NCBI GenBank assembly: GCA_050733075.1
Contig: JBOHSD010000002.1
Span: 174,649 to 238,648, forward strand
Source: Gemmatimonadales bacterium
GTDB taxonomy: Bacteria; Gemmatimonadota; Gemmatimonadetes; Gemmatimonadales; GWC2-71-9
DNA: 64,000 nucleotides
Reading direction: 5' to 3'
Shown here: positions 49,503-59,790 of the stretch, in pieces
How positions within the stretch are numbered: the first letter of the stretch is position 1
Layout of the letters: each line of letters begins with the position of its first letter
The notes under the pieces: model-generated
What the model was told of the DNA's origin: nothing
The model's input: only the letters and a program-made list of their open reading frames with translations
Database searches by the model: none
Made by a program: the position numbers and the translations under genes

Positions 49503-50003
49503 TCAAGTCGATTGCCTCGTACGGTCGCGGTAGCGGACCCGATCGTTCGCGCGGCGGCCTCTCGAGTGGGGCGCCGGCCCCAGCAGAGGCGTGAGCACCC
49601 GGGACAGACCTTCTGTGGTGAAGGGCTTCTCGAGAAAGGGCAGCTCGGGATAGCCCGCGATCAGCTCTGCGACTTCTCCTTCGGGATACGCCGACATCAG
49701 CACGATAGGGAGCCGCGGATGAAGGTCCCGCGCACGTTCGGCCAGCTCACCCCCATCCATGTAGGGCATCACGAGGTCGGCCAGGACCAACCTGACTTCG
49801 CCGGGATGCTGCTGGAGGTAACGTAAGGCTTCGCGCCCGTCTCGAGCGGACCGTGCCTCGTAGCCGAGGCCCCGGACCATGCGGCACGCGACCGAACGGG
49901 GGGTCTCTTCATCGTCAACGATCAACACCGTGGGCTCGGCTGCGAAGCGGGACCGGCGGTCTCTTCGTTGGGGCATACGGGCTCCCGGCAGCAATTTTGC
50001 CAC
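49503..50003 (-). CDS. receiver-only response regulator
   Basis: VLIVDDEE, LVLADLVMPYMDG and EKPF. No output domain. Ends 6 nt upstream of the 203-aa ORF. Confidence 0.8.
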   Translation of the reverse strand: MAKLLPGARMPQRRDRRSRFAAEPTVLIVDDEETPRSVACRMVRGLGYEARSARDGREALRYLQQHPGEVRLVLADLVMPYMDGGELAERARDLHPRLPIVLMSAYPEGEVAELIAGYPELPFLEKPFTTEGLSRVLTPLLGPAPHSRGRRANDRVRYRDRTRQST

Positions 50004-50372
50004 CTTGGGCCCTCCCCACGAAGAGGGTGTCGAGTTGTGGGCCTAGCCTACCCGGCCAGAATAGGACGCCGCTGTGAGCTGCGTCAACACGCCCTGATGT
50101 CGCAGCGGCCTGGCGAGCGGCCATTCACTTGACATCTTACCTGAGATCGTTCTTGCAACATATGCTGCCGCAGCCCCTTATGCTACCTAGACTACGCCGC
50201 ACGCCCGGACCGGTCAGCCCCACGTTATATTTGCCGCGGCCTGGAGGCCTGGTCCGCCCGGGTTGGTAGACTGGATCTGCATTCCTGTCTCCATCTATTT
50301 CAGCTGCCACGACATCTCATATAGGCTATCGCGCATTTTGTCGATCGGCGAGCGCCTGCCCTCTGAAGAGCG

Positions 50373-51296
50373 ATGAACATGGATTGGCTGCTGGTCGTAG
50401 CCTCCTTCGGCATCGGCATTGTGGTGGGCCTCACCGGCATGGGCGGCGGAGCACTGATGACTCCGGTGCTCGTGCTCTTCTTCAATGTGCCGCCTCTCAC
50501 CGCAGTGTCCTCTGACCTGGTGGCCAGTGCCGTGATGAAGCCGGTAGGCTCGGTCGTTCATCTGCGGCGGGGGACCGTCCATCTCGGTTTGGTCAAGTGG
50601 CTTTGCGTCGGGTCGGTTCCCGGGGCTTTCAGTGGGGTCGTCATCGCGCGATCTCTTGGAACCGGCCAACAGGTCCAGGACGTCATCCGCCTCGCGCTAG
50701 GCCTTGCGCTGCTCCTGGCGGCCGCGGGGCTGACGGTCCGCGCTTATCTCCGGCTGGTCGAGTATGCGCGCCGCCGCGACGGGCGTGCGGAGCCGCTCCC
50801 CCAGGGCCGGCCGTCGGTCACTCTCCGGCTGCTGCCCACGGTTACCGTCGGAGCGCTCGGGGGCGTCGTTGTAGGTCTGACGTCGGTCGGTTCAGGGTCG
50901 CTCATCATAATTGCGTTGATGGCCCTGTATCCAACCCTCAAGGCCAGCGAACTGGTCGGTACGGACCTGGTCCAGGCCGTCCCACTGGTCGTTTCGGCCG
51001 CCCTGGGCCACATCCTTTTCGGCGACTTCCAACTGGACCTGACGACATCGCTGCTGGTGGGATCTATCCCGGGTGTCTGGCTGGGGGCTCACCTATCGGC
51101 GCGCGCCCCGGGTGGCCTGGTGCGCCGGGCGCTGGCGTTCGTCTTGCTCGCCTCGTCGCTCAAGCTCCTCAATGTATCTACGGCGCACACCGGCATCATC
51201 CTGGCGCTGGTAGCCGCCGTTGCCCCTCTCCTATGGATGCAGGTGCGTCGCCGCCACGGCTTCCCGGCCCTGGCCTCGCGGAGTCGCCGGTCGTAA
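50373..51296 (+). CDS. TauE/SafE (TSUP) family anion permease
   Basis: 307 aa, about 8 TM helices. FGIGIVVGLTGMGGGALMTP and the duplicated half GLTSVGSGSLIIIAL. Confidence 0.85.
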   Translation: MNMDWLLVVASFGIGIVVGLTGMGGGALMTPVLVLFFNVPPLTAVSSDLVASAVMKPVGSVVHLRRGTVHLGLVKWLCVGSVPGAFSGVVIARSLGTGQQVQDVIRLALGLALLLAAAGLTVRAYLRLVEYARRRDGRAEPLPQGRPSVTLRLLPTVTVGALGGVVVGLTSVGSGSLIIIALMALYPTLKASELVGTDLVQAVPLVVSAALGHILFGDFQLDLTTSLLVGSIPGVWLGAHLSARAPGGLVRRALAFVLLASSLKLLNVSTAHTGIILALVAAVAPLLWMQVRRRHGFPALASRSRRS

Positions 51297-51330
51297 GCCC
51301 AACCGACCCCGGCCCCCGAGTGGACCGTCC

Positions 51331-52407
51331 TCAATCGACGTTGAATGGATTGCTGAACAAATAAGGCTCCGGCCCGTGAGGTCCCAGCGCGGGCAGCTCA
51401 TCGGAGAGGGCGCGGAAGCGGTAAGGCCCCTCTCTGGTGACCCGAAGGGTGAATGCGGCAACCCCCCTCTCAGTATCTCGAAACCGGTCGCCCAGCAGGA
51501 AGTTGTTGGAGGGCACGTCGCTCCCTTCAGGGAACAGGCCCAGGTAGATCTCGATGCCGGACAGGGGAACTATGTGACCCGAGGCGTCCACCAGGGCCAC
51601 CTCGATCGAGAACGGCTCGTCCTCCTCTACGCTCCTGGGTTGCACGAGGAAAACGAAGTGGTGAGGCTCGGATATGCCCGGCCTGGCCGTGGCCTCGAAT
51701 ACGACGGGGCTTCCGCTGAGCGAGCCGGCGCGTGCCTCGAGGGTGTTCGGGCCGGGCGAGCCCAGGGTCCAGCTTTCCACCCGCGCGATGCCATCCACAT
51801 CGGTCGGCTGCAAGGCGCCGGTGACAGCTCCTCCCCCCCGTGTGACGAGGAACGTCACCTCGAAGCCGGCGACCGGTTGACCCTGGGCGTCGGTCACCCG
51901 GACGGCCGGACGCACCGGCACTTCGGTGCCGGGCGCGGCACTCTGGTCGTCGCCCTCCACCAGCTCTATCCGGCTGGCCGGCACGAGCGATACCGACACC
52001 TGCGCAGTCTGATCTATCCGCGTGGAGCCGTTCACCGTCGCGGTAACATCCTTGGTTCCGGGGATGGTGGATTGGAGTGCGCCGGTCGCGACGCCGTCGG
52101 AACCGGTGGGCCCGGCAGGCTGGGTCACCGTGTTGCCGCTGCCGCTCGCGGAGAGCTGCACGGTGGCGCCGGCCAGCGGGGCTCCCGCCCGGTCGCGCAC
52201 CGTCACCCTGATGGTAGAGGTGCCGGTCTCCGCCGGTATCGATGCCGGGTCCGCCGAAACCGTGGAGCGGCTGGCGCTGGGGCTGGTATCACCAGCTTCA
52301 TCCCCTGGCGCCGGGCCGGAAGGGAGGACCAGATCTTCATTCCCGCACCCGAAGGCGGCGAGCGTTGCTAGCGTCACACCCAGGTGGCGGAGGAACTGCG
52401 AGTGCAT
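51331..52407 (-). CDS. lipoprotein with tandem bacterial Ig-like domains
   Basis: MHSQFLRHLGVTLATLAAFGCGNE is a lipobox. Two Ig-like units (TIRVTVRDRAGAPLAGATVQLSASG... and AVRVTDAQGQPVAGFEVTFLVTRGGG). Confidence 0.7.
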   Translation of the reverse strand: MHSQFLRHLGVTLATLAAFGCGNEDLVLPSGPAPGDEAGDTSPSASRSTVSADPASIPAETGTSTIRVTVRDRAGAPLAGATVQLSASGSGNTVTQPAGPTGSDGVATGALQSTIPGTKDVTATVNGSTRIDQTAQVSVSLVPASRIELVEGDDQSAAPGTEVPVRPAVRVTDAQGQPVAGFEVTFLVTRGGGAVTGALQPTDVDGIARVESWTLGSPGPNTLEARAGSLSGSPVVFEATARPGISEPHHFVFLVQPRSVEEDEPFSIEVALVDASGHIVPLSGIEIYLGLFPEGSDVPSNNFLLGDRFRDTERGVAAFTLRVTREGPYRFRALSDELPALGPHGPEPYLFSNPFNVD

Positions 52408-52474
52408 GTGGGGAGTTTAGTGAACGCGAGAGGCACCGCTGTGATTCCGGCCACAGGACCGTTGCCTTCGTCCT

Positions 52475-52870
52475 TCAGCGCTCCGGCTGGTCCCCGGGAT
52501 TGAGCGCGCGCTTCACAGCTTCCAGCAGCTCGGCTGCAGCAAACGGCTTCGTGATCGATCGCACCGCCCCCAGGAGCCTGGCGTCTCCGAGCAGATCTAG
52601 CCTATTGCCCTCCTTGCCTCCTCCAGACATTGCGATGATCAGGACCCCGGGACTGTGTGCCCGGAGCTCCGTGATCGTCTCAATGCCATCCTTTTCCGGC
52701 ATGAAGAGATCCAGGATGACGAGGTCTCCTCCGGACTCCCGCCACACGCGGACGGCCTCGGCTCCGTTGCTCGCCTGAGTTACCCGGTACCCGGCTTTTG
52801 TGAGCAACTGGCTGAGGGAGGCTCTGGTGCCCGCGTCGTCATCGACAACCAGGATCCTCGGCTGAGTCAT
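52475..52870 (-). CDS. receiver-only response regulator
   Basis: 131 aa. ILVVDDDAGTR, LVILDLFMPEKDG and TKPF. Confidence 0.85.
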   Translation of the reverse strand: MTQPRILVVDDDAGTRASLSQLLTKAGYRVTQASNGAEAVRVWRESGGDLVILDLFMPEKDGIETITELRAHSPGVLIIAMSGGGKEGNRLDLLGDARLLGAVRSITKPFAAAELLEAVKRALNPGDQPER

Positions 52871-52901
52871 GGCTAGCCCTTAGAATGCGACAGCTGAATG
52901 C

Positions 52902-53120
52902 TTACCTCCGCCTCGAATACCATTCCATCAGTGCCAGAGCGATCAACGCCAACACTAGCGATTTCATGGTAAGTTGCTTTGGATACCGTGCCATCCGATC
53001 GGAGGCATGCCGCAAACTGAATCGCGATGTTCCCTCGTCCCGCCCCGCCCAAAGACTGCCGAGTATGATGATGCCAGGTATGAGAAACCAGGTGAGATAT
53101 GCCGCGGAACTTATTGTCAT
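52902..53120 (-). CDS. possible small two-TM membrane protein
   Basis: 72 aa with hydrophobic YLTWFLIPGIIILGSLWAG and LVLALIALALMEWY. Lies in a visibly less GC-rich 240-nt patch next to tRNA-Met. No homology evidence. Confidence 0.3.
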   Translation of the reverse strand: MTISSAAYLTWFLIPGIIILGSLWAGRDEGTSRFSLRHASDRMARYPKQLTMKSLVLALIALALMEWYSRRR

Positions 53121-53125
53121 GCGAG

Positions 53126-53199
53126 TAGCAGGGGCGGGACTCGAACCCGCGACCCCGGCATTATGAGTGCCGTGCTCTAACCACCTGAGCTACCCTGCC
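53126..53199 (-). tRNA. tRNA with CAT anticodon (elongator Met or lysidine-dependent Ile2; not initiator)
   Basis: Reverse complement GGCAGGGTAGCTCAGGTGGTTAGAGCACGGCACTCATAATGCCGGGGTCGCGGGTTCGAGTCCCGCCCCTGCTA. Anticodon loop is CTCATAA. The 1:72 position is paired, so this is not tRNA-fMet. Confidence 0.85.
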
Positions 53200-53215
53200 A
53201 TCTTCTCAATACTGC

Positions 53216-53295
53216 GTGAACCGTAAACAGTGAACGGGAACTACTCTCGAGCGAGTGATACCGTGTCAGGCCATAAAAATAACCCGGTTCACAGT

Positions 53296-53313
<18 letters not shown>
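53216..53313. repeat. inverted tandem-heptamer element at the 3' end of ftsB
   Basis: Left arm is GTGAACCGTAAACAGTGAACGGG (53216-53238). Right arm is CCCGGTTCACAGTTTACCGTTCACCGTTCAC (53283-53313). The arms are near reverse complements. The ftsB stop TAA (53296-53298) lies in the right arm. Confidence 0.8.
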
Positions 53314-54887
<1,574 letters not shown>

Positions 54888-54910
54888 CTAGCGGACCTGA
54901 CCAGACCCCG

Positions 54911-55891
54911 TCAACGGAAGTGATCGAAGCCGTGAAGCTCGATGGTGTGGCCGGCCAGCTGGAAGCGCACACCGCTCCCCGGTACCACCGATCCGACCGG
55001 GGTCAGAATGGTGCCGCAATCGTTGGCGAACGCCTCCCGAGCGGCGAACTCCGGTGGCATTGCCACCAGGAGCTCGTAATCCTCTCCCCCTTCCGCGGCA
55101 AACTGCTGGGGAGCCAGGCCGAGACGGGCGGCCTCCTGGTGGGCCTCGGGCGCGAGTGGAATCGAATTCAGATCGATCTCGAGAGCTACGTTGGAGGCGG
55201 CGGCCAGATGTCGCGCATCGCCGCCGAGACCGTCGCTCAGGTCGAGCATGGCGCGTGCGCCATGACGGGCGAGCCAGCGCCCGGCCGCGATCCTTGGCTC
55301 CGGATGGGCGAATCGTGCGCGCGCTCCCGGCAAAGGCATCTCACCACGCCGCCACGCCTCCAGGGCTGCGCGGGCGCCACCGAGGCTTCCGGTAACCCAG
55401 AGCCGATCACCCGCCCCCGCCCCGGCCCGAGTGACCGGTGCCGGGGTGCGCCCGAGGACGGTGAGAGCGAGGCTCCACAATGGGCCCGACGAGAGATCGC
55501 CACCCAGCACCAGCGCGCCCGCAGACCCGGCTGCCGCTCTCACCCCCGACATCAGCTCCAACAGCTGGGCCTTGGCAGCCGACAGCGGCACGGTCACCGC
55601 ACACAAGAGGCCGATCGGCTCGGCGCCCTCGGCGGCGAGATCTGACAGGGCTCCGGCCGTCGCGCGCCAGCCTGCCTCCTCCAGACTGATCCACTCGGTA
55701 CGAAAGTGTACCCCCTCCACACTCACATCGGTGCTCAGAGCCAGGAACCCCTCTCCCTCCTGCACGAGTCCGCAGTCATCACCGATTCCAGACCCCTGTT
55801 CGTCCAACACGTGAACGATTTCCCGGATCCGATCGAACTCAGGGCCGGGACCGAGTGCCAGCGTTCGCCGCCGGAGGGAAGACCGGCTCAC
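54911..55891 (-). CDS. thiL: thiamine-monophosphate kinase
   Basis: 326 aa. IGDDCGLV, LSTDVSVEGVHFR and the AIR-synthase-like fold GGEDYELL. Confidence 0.85.
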   Translation of the reverse strand: MSRSSLRRRTLALGPGPEFDRIREIVHVLDEQGSGIGDDCGLVQEGEGFLALSTDVSVEGVHFRTEWISLEEAGWRATAGALSDLAAEGAEPIGLLCAVTVPLSAAKAQLLELMSGVRAAAGSAGALVLGGDLSSGPLWSLALTVLGRTPAPVTRAGAGAGDRLWVTGSLGGARAALEAWRRGEMPLPGARARFAHPEPRIAAGRWLARHGARAMLDLSDGLGGDARHLAAASNVALEIDLNSIPLAPEAHQEAARLGLAPQQFAAEGGEDYELLVAMPPEFAAREAFANDCGTILTPVGSVVPGSGVRFQLAGHTIELHGFDHFR

Positions 55892-57453
55892 GGGCGCAGG
55901 ATCTCGAGCCGGAAACGCACCAGGCCCCCGTCAGTGGCCACCCAGAGATAGTCCTCGTCCACGGCGAGATCGTTTACGGTGCCTGGCAGGTCACCCTCTC
56001 GCAGCTGCCGAAGCGGAGGCGTGCTCAGCCGGGCGTAGCCCAGCCCGCGATCTCCTGCCACCCAGAACCCGGGGCCATCCGCCACGAAGCGGCGGAGCCG
56101 GCCGAGGAGCGCGGAGAGATTGGGACCCAGGGTCCAACGTCCGGTCTTCGGGTTTTGCCACAGGAGCTGATCGCGAGTCAGCGCCACCAGGGTATCGCCC
56201 AGGGCGGCCAGGTCCATCACCGGACTCTGAAGGCTGGGTGAGGCGAGGGCCTCGGGCCTGACCAGGGTCGCCCGCCCAGGGAGCGCCAGCAACAGGCCGG
56301 CAGTGGATCCAACCCAGACAGAGTCGCCCGCTGGAAGCACCGCGTATACCGGGTCGCTGAAGGCGGGGGCAAGCCGCTCGACCTCGAGGGAGTCGCTGAT
56401 GCGGACCAGTCCCCGTGCGGTACCCGCTGTGATCCGGCCCTGCCGGGATACGACGGAGTAGACTCGGCTGTCGGGTAAACCGCCATGGTAATCAATCAGC
56501 TGGATGCGCCCTTCGGGTGGCTCGACTCGGGCCACCCCGAGATCGGTGGCCGCCCAGAGTGCCTTCCCCTGCCCCACCAGTTCACGTGCCTGGTTGAAGG
56601 GGGTTCCCAGCGCCGAAGGGCCGGGGATGGTCTCGAACTCCTCCAGCTCCGGATCGACGAAAGTGAACGCCGCATCGGCTTGAGGAGTGCGGTTGGTTGC
56701 CACCCACACCCCGCCCGGCCAACTGAAAACGGCTCCGACGGCATCGGACGAGAGTCCGAAGCTCAGGCGCTGCGGGAGGGCCGCTCCATCTGCCAGGTAG
56801 AGTGCCCCAATACCGGAGGTACCGAGATACCAGCCGCTGTTGTCGAACGCACGCGCTGCGGCAGTGTAGCGTACCGTCCGCAGGCGAGAGTCGGTCAGGA
56901 TGGCTGCGGCGTTAGCCTGGAGTGTCGGGTTGTCGCGGATGGCCTGCTCGGCCGTCGCAGGCATCTGAGGGCGGGCCGGAGCGCGGCCGGGGATGGGCAC
57001 GGCGCCACCTCGCGGCAGCAACTGCCATCCCCTCCGGGTGCGTAGAAAAAGGCCGGCGGCGAGATCGTCCTGGTCGAAGGCAATGCCGACGATACCCTCC
57101 GGAGCGATACCCTGATCCCAGAGATCGATGTCGGGCTGGTAATGCACCCAGCCGTCGGGGCGGGCCAGCCAAACCGAGTTATCGAGTGGATCGGTGAGTG
57201 CGGTGAACACCCGGGCGAGAAGGGTCCGGTCCGGCGGATCGAAGGCTCCTTCCCAGCGGCGGAACTGCGGGTTCCAAATGAGCAAAGCGGTGGGCGAGCT
57301 GATGAACACACGTTCGGCGGAGGTGGCGATCGCGGTGATCCGGCTGAAGTCTCCGATCACCGTGCGATCCTCCGGTCGCCAGTCCCGGGTGGATTGAGCG
57401 GCAGCGTGAGATGCCAGGCACAGAGCCGCCAGCACCACGAGAGGACGACGCAT
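55888..57453 (-). CDS. secreted beta-propeller repeat protein
   Basis: Signal peptide MRRPLVVLAALCLASHAAAQ. Recurrent units of about 45 aa with W/G/V patterns (VWLARPDGWVHY, GVWVATNRT, LWAATDLGVARV, VWVGSTAGLL, FWVAGDRGLGY, LWVATDGGLVRF). Function unknown. Confidence 0.65.
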   Translation of the reverse strand: MRRPLVVLAALCLASHAAAQSTRDWRPEDRTVIGDFSRITAIATSAERVFISSPTALLIWNPQFRRWEGAFDPPDRTLLARVFTALTDPLDNSVWLARPDGWVHYQPDIDLWDQGIAPEGIVGIAFDQDDLAAGLFLRTRRGWQLLPRGGAVPIPGRAPARPQMPATAEQAIRDNPTLQANAAAILTDSRLRTVRYTAAARAFDNSGWYLGTSGIGALYLADGAALPQRLSFGLSSDAVGAVFSWPGGVWVATNRTPQADAAFTFVDPELEEFETIPGPSALGTPFNQARELVGQGKALWAATDLGVARVEPPEGRIQLIDYHGGLPDSRVYSVVSRQGRITAGTARGLVRISDSLEVERLAPAFSDPVYAVLPAGDSVWVGSTAGLLLALPGRATLVRPEALASPSLQSPVMDLAALGDTLVALTRDQLLWQNPKTGRWTLGPNLSALLGRLRRFVADGPGFWVAGDRGLGYARLSTPPLRQLREGDLPGTVNDLAVDEDYLWVATDGGLVRFRLEILRP

Positions 57454-57492
57454 CAGGAGAATCTACCTGGATCGGGCCGAGTGCGAGCTTCC

Positions 57493-59046
57493 CTACGTCG
57501 TCTGCGGCCTTGACAGCTCGAACAGGACCGGTGGGTGTGGCGCCGGCGGCGCGGTTCGCAGGGACTCCCATTCGCGCCAGAGGTCGGGCAAGGCGTTCAC
57601 GACATCCATCGGCCGGAGACTCCGCGCGGTGTGGCGCCGCGCGGCCAGGTCCCCGGCGCGTCCGAGCATCTGCGCTCCCAGTGCCGCGGCGACATCCGGC
57701 TCGAGCCCGCCCGCCAGGTTGGTGCCGACCAGGCCACTCAGAACGTCTCCGCTCCCTCCCGTGCCCAGGCCGGGGTTGCCGGCCACGACGGTGAGGAGCT
57801 GCCTTCCGGGCGAGGCCACCACGGTCGGCACGCCCTTGAGCAGAACCGTGGCGCCGGTTTGCTCGGAGGCGGCTGCTGCGGCCGCCCAGGGATCGAGCTC
57901 ACGCTCCGCCGCCAGTGCCGGGAACAGCGCGCGGAACTCTCCGGGGTGGGGAGTGAGGACCAATCGGCGACCTGCCGCCAGGGGCGCGAGCTCGGCGGCT
58001 GCTCCGGCAAACGCCACCAAGGCATCGGCATCGAGCACGACCGCCCGGGCCGCCTCGACCAGCGGCGTAATGAGCGCGCGCCGTCCGGGATCCCGTCCCA
58101 GGCCCGGTCCGATCACCACGGCATCCGCTCGCGCGATAAGCTCGAGCAGCGCCGAAGCCGGGGGCTGGTCGAAACGCTGGGCCAGAGTCTGGACATCCGG
58201 CTCGGCCTGCATCAGCGCCGCAACCGTGTCCGGCGGCGCCACCGCGTGAACCAGGCCCGCGCCCGCACCGAAAGCAGCGCGAGCGGCCATCCTGAGAGCG
58301 CCACTCATGGCGCCGTCGCCCCCGACCACCACCACCCGGCCGCGGTTGCCCTTGTGATCGACGGCACGCAGCCGCCGCATCCCGAGTGCGGCCTGGATGT
58401 CGGTGACCACCGCCGGCCAGCCGGGGTCGGGTGGCGGGTGGCCGATGTCAACCACTACGAGATCGCCGACTTCATCGCGCGCCAGGAGGTGACCACGCCG
58501 CAATCCGCCGAAGGTGACCGTTAGGTGGGCTGCGGCGGCGCCGTGAACGATGCCGGACATGAGGTCCAGGCCGGTGGGCCCATCCACGGCCACGATTGGT
58601 ACGTCGAGGTCGTGGACCCGCCCGAGCAACCTCGCCAGGTCCGGCCGGGGCGCTCCGGCGGCACCGGTGCCGAGCAGCGCGTCCACCGCGACCGCCACGG
58701 TGGGCCACGGGCCGTCGGGTGCGACCTCGCGAACTCCCTCGGCTCGAGCGAGCGCCGCCATCCGCTCCCGTAACTCCGAACCCGGACCGGGCGAGGTCAC
58801 CCAGACGGGAACCTCGACTCGATGCAGCGCCCGGGCGACCACCCAGCCATCGCCGCCGTTATTTCCGGGACCGGCGGCCACCAGCACCCCGGTGCGGAGT
58901 AGATGGGAATAGCGATTCGCCATTACAACGGCAACCGCCCGCCCGGCGGTCTCCATCAGCGTGGCGAGCTCGACGCCGGCGCTGACGGCGATACGGTCCC
59001 ACTTGTTGGATTGATCGGGTGTGAGGACTGGAATGTTGGAGGCCAT
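57493..59046 (-). CDS. nnr: bifunctional NAD(P)H-hydrate repair enzyme Nnr (epimerase/dehydratase)
   Basis: 517 aa. YjeF_N domain (VLVAAGPGNNGGDGWV) plus the C-terminal ADP-dependent dehydratase (GGDGAMSGALRMA, GTGGSGDVLSG). Confidence 0.9.
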   Translation of the reverse strand: MASNIPVLTPDQSNKWDRIAVSAGVELATLMETAGRAVAVVMANRYSHLLRTGVLVAAGPGNNGGDGWVVARALHRVEVPVWVTSPGPGSELRERMAALARAEGVREVAPDGPWPTVAVAVDALLGTGAAGAPRPDLARLLGRVHDLDVPIVAVDGPTGLDLMSGIVHGAAAAHLTVTFGGLRRGHLLARDEVGDLVVVDIGHPPPDPGWPAVVTDIQAALGMRRLRAVDHKGNRGRVVVVGGDGAMSGALRMAARAAFGAGAGLVHAVAPPDTVAALMQAEPDVQTLAQRFDQPPASALLELIARADAVVIGPGLGRDPGRRALITPLVEAARAVVLDADALVAFAGAAAELAPLAAGRRLVLTPHPGEFRALFPALAAERELDPWAAAAAASEQTGATVLLKGVPTVVASPGRQLLTVVAGNPGLGTGGSGDVLSGLVGTNLAGGLEPDVAAALGAQMLGRAGDLAARRHTARSLRPMDVVNALPDLWREWESLRTAPPAPHPPVLFELSRPQTT

Positions 59047-59155
59047 GGGCTATTGGCTATTCGCTATGGCTGGTGCGTCCTTCTGAGAAGGGCTCCGCGT
59101 TAGCAACGAACAGTGGCCTTGACCCGGTCACAGCCCATAGCCAATAGCCCATAGC
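59043..59155. repeat. inverted tandem-heptamer element between the zinc-ribbon gene and nnr
   Basis: Left arm is GGGCTATTGGCTATTCGCTATGGCTGG. Right arm is CAGCCCATAGCCAATAGCCCATAGC. The right arm starts immediately after the TAA at 59156-59158. Same core as the palindrome at 7877-7906. Confidence 0.8.
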
Positions 59156-59350
59156 TTACTTATAGCTCTGCCCTATCGCCCGCCCGAAGCTGATCTCGCC
59201 GTTGTCGATGCGCAGGTTGAACCCGCAGTCGGGATTGGTGCAGACCCAGGCCTTGTAAGTGATGGGTGCGCCTTCGCGGCCGTAGTCGGACAGCGGAATC
59301 AGGGTTCCCTTGGAGCACTTCTGACAACCCGGCAGCTCTTGTATTTCCAT
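59156..59350 (-). CDS. small zinc-ribbon protein
   Basis: 64 aa with CQKC ... CTNPDC, two Cys pairs. Confidence 0.55.
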   Translation of the reverse strand: MEIQELPGCQKCSKGTLIPLSDYGREGAPITYKAWVCTNPDCGFNLRIDNGEISFGRAIGQSYK

Positions 59351-59371
59351 CTCCCCCTCCCCGCCACGAGG

Positions 59372-59758
59372 CTACGCGCCGCGCAGACCCTGCCACTCGT
59401 AGGAATCGCCGAAGGCATCGGCAAACTGGTAGACCGCCTCGAAATCGAATTCCGCGTCGCCCGGTTGGGTCACCAGCAGCCCCACCTCCACCAGGATATA
59501 GACGATGCGGCCGATATCCTCGGTCCGGGTAATTCCCCAGTGGGCGAGGACCACGCGGGCGAGGAGACCGTACTGCTGCCGGGCGAAATCCCGGCAGGCC
59601 CAGCAGAGCTCGGCGCCAGTCACGTGACGCCGCGCCTCGAGGCGCGACTGAAGAAATTCGATAGTGCCGAGCACGAAGAGGTAGCCGCGCTCGTGGTATC
59701 GCCCTCCCCGCGAGCGGATGCGAGCCATGATGTCGTCGGCGAACTGAAGCTCGCTCAC
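59372..59758 (-). CDS. conserved hypothetical helical protein
   Basis: 128-aa ORF with good coding appearance and tight spacing. It possibly belongs to the Minf_1886-like family, recalled from memory and unverified. Confidence 0.5.
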   Translation of the reverse strand: MSELQFADDIMARIRSRGGRYHERGYLFVLGTIEFLQSRLEARRHVTGAELCWACRDFARQQYGLLARVVLAHWGITRTEDIGRIVYILVEVGLLVTQPGDAEFDFEAVYQFADAFGDSYEWQGLRGA

Positions 59759-59790
59759 CGGGACACTCCGGGTTGACGGGCGACCCGCAT

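Noticed and set aside
45693-50003. Ku protein next to the ligase and Prim-Pol genes
   Set aside because: No ORF shows Ku-core-like sequence. The 203-aa ORF does not resemble Ku by eye, so it is left unassigned.
50127-50175. Sigma70-like promoter (TTGACA ... TATGCT) upstream of the receiver or TauE genes
   Set aside because: The spacing between the candidate hexamers does not fit 16-18 nt, and the promoter consensus of this lineage is unknown. The evidence is too weak to annotate.
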